This document shows, piece by piece, positions 56,760 through 61,123 of a stretch of DNA of 61,123 bases (positions are counted from its first letter, which is position 1; each line of letters begins with the position of its first letter). Origin of the DNA: Clostridia bacterium (GTDB lineage Bacteria; Bacillota; Clostridia; UMGS1810); NCBI GenBank assembly GCA_016293435.1, contig JAEDEG010000001.1, positions 1 to 61,123 of the forward strand, written 5' to 3'. The notes below the pieces were generated by a model. That model searched no databases. It was given only the letters and a program-made list of their open reading frames with translations, and was not told the DNA's origin. A program made the translations under genes and the position numbers.

Positions 56760-56926
56760 GCATGAAAAACGGAGCAATTTTAAGTTTTTTTAAGTTTTGG
56801 ATAACAATTGACAATAATTTTAAACCGAAATGATAATTTGCATATTGAGAAACAACGAGAAAACAAAAGAAAACGCGAGAAAAACAGAGATTGTTGTTGC
56901 CATTTTAATTTTTTTTAAAAAAGTTG

Positions 56927-56955
56927 TTGACAAATTCAATAATTTGTATTACAAT
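56927..56955 (+). promoter_or_regulatory. Consensus sigma-A promoter of rplM-rpsI
   Basis: TTGACA at 56927-56932, 17 nt spacer, TACAAT at 56950-56955. Confidence 0.65.
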
Positions 56956-56999
56956 ATCGAAAGTTGATTAAATAAAAAATACACGGAGGTAAATCGAAG

Positions 57000-57437
57000 A
57001 TGAGTACATTTATGGCTAAATCTGCCGAGCTCGAAAGAAAATGGTACATTATAGATGCCGAAGGCAAATCACTTGGTAGAGTTGCAGCAGCTGCCGCTTC
57101 TATATTGAGAGGTAAAATTAAACCTACTTTTACTCCTAATGTTGATTGTGGTGATTTTGTTATCATTTTAAATGCTGATAAGGTTGTTTTAACCGGTAAA
57201 AAGCTTGATCAGAAGTATTACAGATATCACACCGGATATGTTGGTGGTTTGAAAGAAATTAAGTATAAGCATTTAATGGCAGAAAAACCCGAAAAAGCAA
57301 TTACACTCGCTGTAAAAGGTATGCTTCCCCACAACACAATTGGTGCGAATGCTCTTACAAGACTCAGAGTATATCAGGGAACCGAACACAACCATGCAGC
57401 TCAAAAGCCGGAAACATACACCGGTTTAATTAAATAA
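57000..57437 (+). CDS. rplM: 50S ribosomal protein L13
   Basis: [51 protein letters not shown]. Confidence 0.96.
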   Translation: MSTFMAKSAELERKWYIIDAEGKSLGRVAAAAASILRGKIKPTFTPNVDCGDFVIILNADKVVLTGKKLDQKYYRYHTGYVGGLKEIKYKHLMAEKPEKAITLAVKGMLPHNTIGANALTRLRVYQGTEHNHAAQKPETYTGLIK

Positions 57438-57451
57438 GGAGGTATATGATA

Positions 57452-57844
57452 ATGGCTAAAGAACAGTTTTATGGTACCGGCAGAAGAAAAAGCTCAGTTG
57501 CAAGAGTAAGGATTGTTCCCGGTACAGGTAAAATTACAATTAATGATAGAGATATTGATGACTTTTTCGGTCTTGAAACTCTCAAGGTTGTTGTTAGACA
57601 GCCTCTCGTTGCAACAGATACATTAGGTAAATACGATGTAATTGCTAAGGTTACAGGCGGTGGATTTACAGGTCAGGCTGGTGCCATCAGACACGGTCTT
57701 TCCAGAGCTCTCCTCACTGTAGAGGAAGAATACAGAACTCCGCTCAAAGCTGCCGGTTTTCTCACAAGAGACCCCAGAATGAAAGAAAGAAAGAAGTACG
57801 GTCTCAAAGCCGCACGTCGTGCACCGCAGTTTAGTAAGAGATAA
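57452..57844 (+). CDS. rpsI: 30S ribosomal protein S9
   Basis: [15 protein letters not shown]...[19 protein letters not shown]...[25 protein letters not shown]. The ATG at 57452 lies 9 nt after GGAGG. Confidence 0.96.
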   Translation: MAKEQFYGTGRRKSSVARVRIVPGTGKITINDRDIDDFFGLETLKVVVRQPLVATDTLGKYDVIAKVTGGGFTGQAGAIRHGLSRALLTVEEEYRTPLKAAGFLTRDPRMKERKKYGLKAARRAPQFSKR

Positions 57845-57859
57845 AATCTCGATTACAAA

Positions 57860-57901
57860 CCCCGAAAAACCGCGCAGTTATGCGGTTTTCGGGGTTTTTT
57901 T
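57860..57901 (+). terminator. Intrinsic terminator after rpsI
   Basis: CCCCGAAAAACCGC pairs with GCGGTTTTCGGGG, followed by TTTTTTT. Confidence 0.88.
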
Positions 57902-57970
57902 CATGCCCTGATTTTTCTGTCGGCTTTGACCGAATTTAACGAAATTTGTGCTAATTTATTCCATTTTATA

Positions 57971-58061
57971 GGGGATAAATCGGGGTGAAAATACCCTTTT
58001 AGGACCAAAAAGGGATAAATTCGGGGTGAAAATTCAGTTGATTTTCGGTCGTAATTTTCAC
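57971..58061. repeat. Cluster of GGATAAAT(T)CGGGGTGAAAAT direct repeats plus one inverted GTGAAAAT half-site
   Basis: GGGGATAAATCGGGGTGAAAAT at 57971-57992. GGGATAAATTCGGGGTGAAAAT at 58012-58033. Inverted GTGAAAATTAC at 58051-58061. Confidence 0.6.
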
Positions 58062-58268
58062 TTTTTCAGGTTGAATTTTTTCTGTTTAGCGACTCTGAAA
58101 CAGTTTGACTGAATTTGATAAAATTAAATTGATTTTAAAGCATAAATCCCTGGAGCTGATATTTTCAAAACTTGATAGCTACATTTCACAAGCGTGTTTA
58201 CTTTGCTCATTGCGAGCTAATGTGGACACGCTTTTTTGTTGCCCAATTTCGGGACGGAGGTAAAGAAA

Positions 58269-58508
58269 ATGTACGATAAAAATTATGAACTGCTTGCCGA
58301 TGCAATTATTGTTCAAGCAGCAAAAGATTACAGGCGGTCAAAATCCGTATCGGTCAGAAACGAAATTAAATGTTTTTTTCTCTCGGAGTGGTTCGCTTGT
58401 TTAACAAATGCAGACGGTCATAAACTGTTTAGAAAATTAGAGCGGGAACGAGATGGAAAGAAAAAGCATCGAGGAAAGGAGGTTTACGATGCCAGTATTC
58501 AGAATTGA
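58269..58508 (+). CDS. Hypothetical 79 aa element-borne protein
   Basis: The ATG at 58269 lies 7 nt after GGAGGT. The basic C-terminus overlaps the next gene by 20 nt. Confidence 0.5.
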   Translation: MYDKNYELLADAIIVQAAKDYRRSKSVSVRNEIKCFFLSEWFACLTNADGHKLFRKLERERDGKKKHRGKEVYDASIQN

Positions 58509-59367
58509 GAAAAACAAAAATTACACGGTTATGTCAAATCATCATCTGCGTAACAAGGATTTGTCCTTGAAAGCAAAAGGACTTTTGTCGCAGATGTTAT
58601 CCTTGCCTGACGATTGGGACTACACCCTAAAAGGTCTTGCTCGTATCAATAAGGAAAAGATTGATGCAATACGGACGGCAGTTTTGGAGCTTGAAGAAGC
58701 CGGATATATTACTCGAAAACAGGGGCGTGACGAGTTTGGCAAAATGGCAGCGATAGAATATACAATTTACGAGCAGCCGCAGCCGCGTTTGGAAAATCCA
58801 ATCACGGAGCAGCCGATATTGGAAAACCCGTTTTCGGAAAATCCAATATCGGATAACCCGATTACGGATAACCCGACATCGGAAAATCCAACGCAATTAA
58901 ATATAGAAATAACAAATAAAGAAAAAATAAATACTGATTTAATTAAATATCCATCTATCAATCAAAGAGGGCAAGCTCAAGAAATTCGATGGATAGATAG
59001 ATACAACAAAAACACAGAGCGTATTAAAAATAATATTGAATACGACACTCTTGTTTACAGCTATGACAAGGCGGTTATTGATGAAATAGTTTCCGTAATG
59101 GCGGAGGTACTTACGATAGACACCCCGTACTACACCATAGAGAAAAAGCAGTACCCGACTGAGCTTGTACGGCAGAGATTTCTTGAAATTGATCACAGTA
59201 GGTTAGAGGCTTTTATGCTTGAATTTTCGCGGCGCAATGAAAAAATCCGCAATACAAAAGCCTATCTTATAACTTCACTGTTCAATATACCCGCAACGGC
59301 GGAAACAAACCTATCGAATATGGTGAGAAACGATTTATACGGCAACGGAGGGAGGCGGCAAGAATGA
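58489..59367 (+). CDS. Winged-helix replication-initiator/DnaD-like protein of the mobile element
   Basis: FRIEKNKNYTVMSNHHLRNKDLSLKAKGLLSQMLSLPDDWDYTLKGLARI...AVLELEEAGYITR, followed by seven (E/D)NPxx repeats. The ATG at 58489 follows AAGGAGG. Confidence 0.65.
   Translation: MPVFRIEKNKNYTVMSNHHLRNKDLSLKAKGLLSQMLSLPDDWDYTLKGLARINKEKIDAIRTAVLELEEAGYITRKQGRDEFGKMAAIEYTIYEQPQPRLENPITEQPILENPFSENPISDNPITDNPTSENPTQLNIEITNKEKINTDLIKYPSINQRGQAQEIRWIDRYNKNTERIKNNIEYDTLVYSYDKAVIDEIVSVMAEVLTIDTPYYTIEKKQYPTELVRQRFLEIDHSRLEAFMLEFSRRNEKIRNTKAYLITSLFNIPATAETNLSNMVRNDLYGNGGRRQE
58792..58896 (+). repeat. Seven in-frame 15 nt tandem repeats encoding (E/D)NPxx
   Basis: The seven units read gaaaatccaatcacg, gagcagccgatattg, gaaaacccgttttcg, gaaaatccaatatcg, gataacccgattacg, gataacccgacatcg and gaaaatccaacgcaa. 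Confidence 0.85.
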
Positions 59368-59486
59368 TTGGAATAATTACTGCGTTTACAATAGGCACTA
59401 TAGTCGGAGCAATAACCTTATGCTGTTGTGTTGCTGCGGGACGCGCAGATAAAGCCGCAGGGAACATAAACAGTAAATTTCAATAA
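59364..59486 (+). CDS. Small (40 aa) hydrophobic peptide, absent from the ORF track
   Basis: An ATGA overlap joins it to the upstream stop. GGAGG lies 8 nt upstream. Sequence: MIGIITAFTIGTIVGAITLCCCVAAGRADKAAGNINSKFQ. Confidence 0.5.
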   Translation: MIGIITAFTIGTIVGAITLCCCVAAGRADKAAGNINSKFQ

Positions 59487-59523
59487 AATAGGCTATATCT
59501 CAAGCGAAACGGAGGTGATATAA

Positions 59524-60405
59524 ATGTCTACAAAGAAAAAACAGCTGGATTCCAATCAAGTTGTGGAAATAAAGCTGACAGAGCTGCATCCGTTCAAAAA
59601 TCATCCGTTTAAGGTATTAGATGATGAGCTTATGCAGCAGACAATAGACAGCATTTCACAAGTCGGAGTGCTATCCCCTGCTGTCGTTCGTCCTGATCCG
59701 AGTGGAGGTTATGAGATAATATCCGGGCATCGCAGACTGTACGCCTGTGAAGCAGCAGGACTTGAAACAATGCCCGTTATTGTAAAAGAACTCACGGACG
59801 ATGAAGCGGTAATCTTTATGGTGGACAGCAATCTGCAAAGGGAAAATATACTGCCGAGTGAACGTGCGCTTGCGTACAAAATGAAAATGGAAGCCCTAAA
59901 ACATCAAGGAAAACGAGACGATTTAACTTTCCGCCAAAATGGCGGAAAGTCGTGGACAGTTGAAAAACTATCACAAGATACAGGCGAAAGTGTCAGAAAT
60001 ATCGAAAGGTATATCCGTCTTGCAAGCCTCGAACCGGCACTCTTAGACAAGGTTGATAGCAAGGAAATCTCATTTACCCCTGCCGTGGAGCTTGCGAGCC
60101 TTTCGCAAGAAGAACAGCAGGGATTTTTAGATGCGATGGAATATTCGCAAAACGCACCGTCATTATCCCAAGCGCAGCGTATAAAAAAATTAAGCAAAAG
60201 CGGCAAATGCACTGTCGAAGCTATGCGGGAGATTATGTCGGAGGAGAAGAAAAGCGACTTTGATAAAATAACAATAGAACCTGACGAAATAAAAAAATAT
60301 TTCCCGCGTTCATTTACACCAAGCCAAATGAAAAACACGATTTTGAAGCTTTTGGAAAATTGGTTAAAAAACAGAACAAAGAAAAGAAACACAGAGAGGA
60401 GTTAA
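59524..60405 (+). CDS. ParB/Spo0J-like N-terminal-domain protein
   Basis: LHPFKNHPFKV...GVLSPAVVRPDPSGGYEIISGHRRLYACEAAGLETMPVIV...VDSNLQRENILPSERALAYK. RBS GGAGGTGA. Confidence 0.85.
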   Translation: MSTKKKQLDSNQVVEIKLTELHPFKNHPFKVLDDELMQQTIDSISQVGVLSPAVVRPDPSGGYEIISGHRRLYACEAAGLETMPVIVKELTDDEAVIFMVDSNLQRENILPSERALAYKMKMEALKHQGKRDDLTFRQNGGKSWTVEKLSQDTGESVRNIERYIRLASLEPALLDKVDSKEISFTPAVELASLSQEEQQGFLDAMEYSQNAPSLSQAQRIKKLSKSGKCTVEAMREIMSEEKKSDFDKITIEPDEIKKYFPRSFTPSQMKNTILKLLENWLKNRTKKRNTERS

Positions 60406-60409
60406 ACCG

Positions 60410-60571
60410 ATGAACAAACAATTATGTCCCAAATGCAAAACAGGAGCGGAGGGCTATAAGCTTGATCCGAAAAGTGAGGTGTGCCCGTATTTACAATACC
60501 ATAACGGTAAGAGCTGTCCATTCTTCTCTCCCATTGAAGAAGGTGAGGTGAATGACGATGAAGGAGTTTGA
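60410..60571 (+). CDS. Small (53 aa) Cys-rich zinc-ribbon-like protein, absent from the ORF track
   Basis: GAGAGGAG lies 8 nt upstream. Sequence: MNKQLCPKCKTGAEGYKLDPKSEVCPYLQYHNGKSCPFFSPIEEGEVNDDEGV. Confidence 0.5.
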   Translation: MNKQLCPKCKTGAEGYKLDPKSEVCPYLQYHNGKSCPFFSPIEEGEVNDDEGV

Positions 60572-61123
60572 AGTAACAATTACCGAGACACTTCAAAAAT
60601 CGGTAGTTGTAGAAGCTGATTCAAAAGATGATGCCATACAGATGGTTGAAGATATGTGGAAGGATGCCGATATTATCTTAGACAGTGAAAACTTTGTAGG
60701 CGTTGAATATGAAGCTGATAACGGCAAAGAAATCGAAAAAACGAATGAATTGGAAGTCCTGCTTGTAGAACCCGGTCAATATGCAAAAATGACCACTATC
60801 GAAGCAGGACTTTCTTCTATGCAGAATATTGTAGGCGGTAACATTCAGGCAGCATATTTTTTTGAAGAGCCTGTTGCGATTGTATGCAATGAGGAAGGAA
60901 AAATTAACGGTTCAGAACTGAATCGGGCTGTAAAAGATGAAAACGGCAAAATGCTTGATATTATAGCCGGAACATTCTTTGTCTGCGGTTTGGGTGATGA
61001 GAATTTTGTTTCTTTACAACCTGAGCACAGAGCAAAGTTTGAGAAAATGTTTAAGAATCCCGAAGCATTTTTAAAAATGGGAAAAGGCATTATGGCTATA
61101 CCCATTGAGCCGAAGAAAGATGA
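60558..61123 (+). CDS. DpnD/PcfM-like domain fused to a DUF3846-like domain (partial, open at the window end), absent from the ORF track
   Basis: The ATG at 60558 lies 7 nt after GGTGAGGTGA. MKEFEVTITETLQKSVVVEADSKDDAIQMVEDMWKDADIILDSENF..., then LEVLLVEPGQYAKMTTIEAGLSSMQNIVGGNIQAAYFFEEPVAIVCNEEGKINGSELNRA...IAGTFFVCG. There is no stop before 61123. Confidence 0.65.
   Translation, partial: MKEFEVTITETLQKSVVVEADSKDDAIQMVEDMWKDADIILDSENFVGVEYEADNGKEIEKTNELEVLLVEPGQYAKMTTIEAGLSSMQNIVGGNIQAAYFFEEPVAIVCNEEGKINGSELNRAVKDENGKMLDIIAGTFFVCGLGDENFVSLQPEHRAKFEKMFKNPEAFLKMGKGIMAIPIEPKKD

Larger units (their letters stand above)
57902..61123 (+). mobile_element. Left part of a putative integrated conjugative/mobilisable element; it continues beyond the window
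   Basis: A 330 nt repeat-bearing non-coding leader is followed by tightly packed same-strand genes: a RepA/DnaD-like winged-helix protein with (E/D)NPxx repeats, a ParB-like protein, small Cys-rich and membrane peptides, and a DpnD/PcfM-like plus DUF3846-like fusion. This gene set is typical of Firmicutes ICEs. No integrase or att site is visible in the window. Confidence 0.5.

Noticed and set aside
56808-56926. A second promoter-like TTGACA/GATAAT pair and a purine-rich GAGAAAAC-type repeat tract upstream of the rplM promoter, possibly a leader or sRNA.
   Set aside because: The spacer length is ambiguous (18-19 nt). Only a weak 6 bp AACAAC/GTTGTT pairing with a very large loop is visible, and the consensus rplM promoter lies downstream of it. 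The support is insufficient.
57971-58061. Possible mini-CRISPR array formed by the repeated 22-mers.
   Set aside because: There are only two direct copies plus one inverted partial copy, separated by a 19 nt spacer. There are no cas genes and no regular repeat-spacer architecture.
1-61123. Searches across the whole window for tRNA, rRNA, tmRNA, CRISPR arrays, IS elements with terminal inverted repeats, toxin-antitoxin pairs and canonical defence genes. I also assessed the many 60-165 aa antisense track ORFs inside large genes, for example 3294..3716, 14088..14585, 21380..21691 and 59904..60392.
   Set aside because: I found no T-loop or anticodon-arm patterns, no rRNA-like conserved blocks and no transposase or nuclease/helicase defence signatures in any frame. 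The antisense ORFs lack an RBS, are nested in strongly supported genes and have biased low-complexity translations.

Overview
The window is chromosomal DNA from a low-GC, spore-forming Clostridia-class Firmicute. The evidence is a complete spoIIIAA-AH operon, sigH, a SleC-type cortex lytic enzyme, GGAGG-type ribosome binding sites (RBSs) and frequent TTG/GTG starts. A choloylglycine (bile-salt) hydrolase homolog suggests a gut habitat.

Backbone genes:
- rbr, hydE, mnmA.
- secA-prfB. prfB carries the classic programmed +1 frameshift, which the ORF track splits.
- mtnN, ptsH, uvrC, gap.
- The Bacillus-like syntenic block spoIIIA / asp23 / nusB / xseAB / ispA / dxs / tlyA.
- sigH and rplM-rpsI.

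Accessory content:
1. A roughly 17 kb minus-strand operon (22566 down to 5699) encodes six secreted proteins. Two are SLH (S-layer homology) anchor proteins, two are paralogous giants (1475 and 1364 aa) with a heparinase II/III fold, and two are LamG/Ig-rich non-catalytic proteins. An AraC-type regulator is transcribed divergently, and a cytoplasmic glycosidase-like gene lies downstream. This is the best candidate for an undescribed cell-surface glycan-processing system.
2. A self-contained two-gene operon of unknown function lies at 34.4-37.9 kb.
3. A SleC-type enzyme is encoded as two translationally coupled genes. It is followed by a 2.56 kb two-gene segment bracketed by about 120 bp direct repeats that abut a tyrosine recombinase gene.
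4. The left end of an integrated conjugative-element-like region starts just after the rpsI terminator and runs off the window.

I saw no rRNA, tRNA or CRISPR array. All domain and family calls come from reading the translations by eye and need profile or structure searches to confirm.
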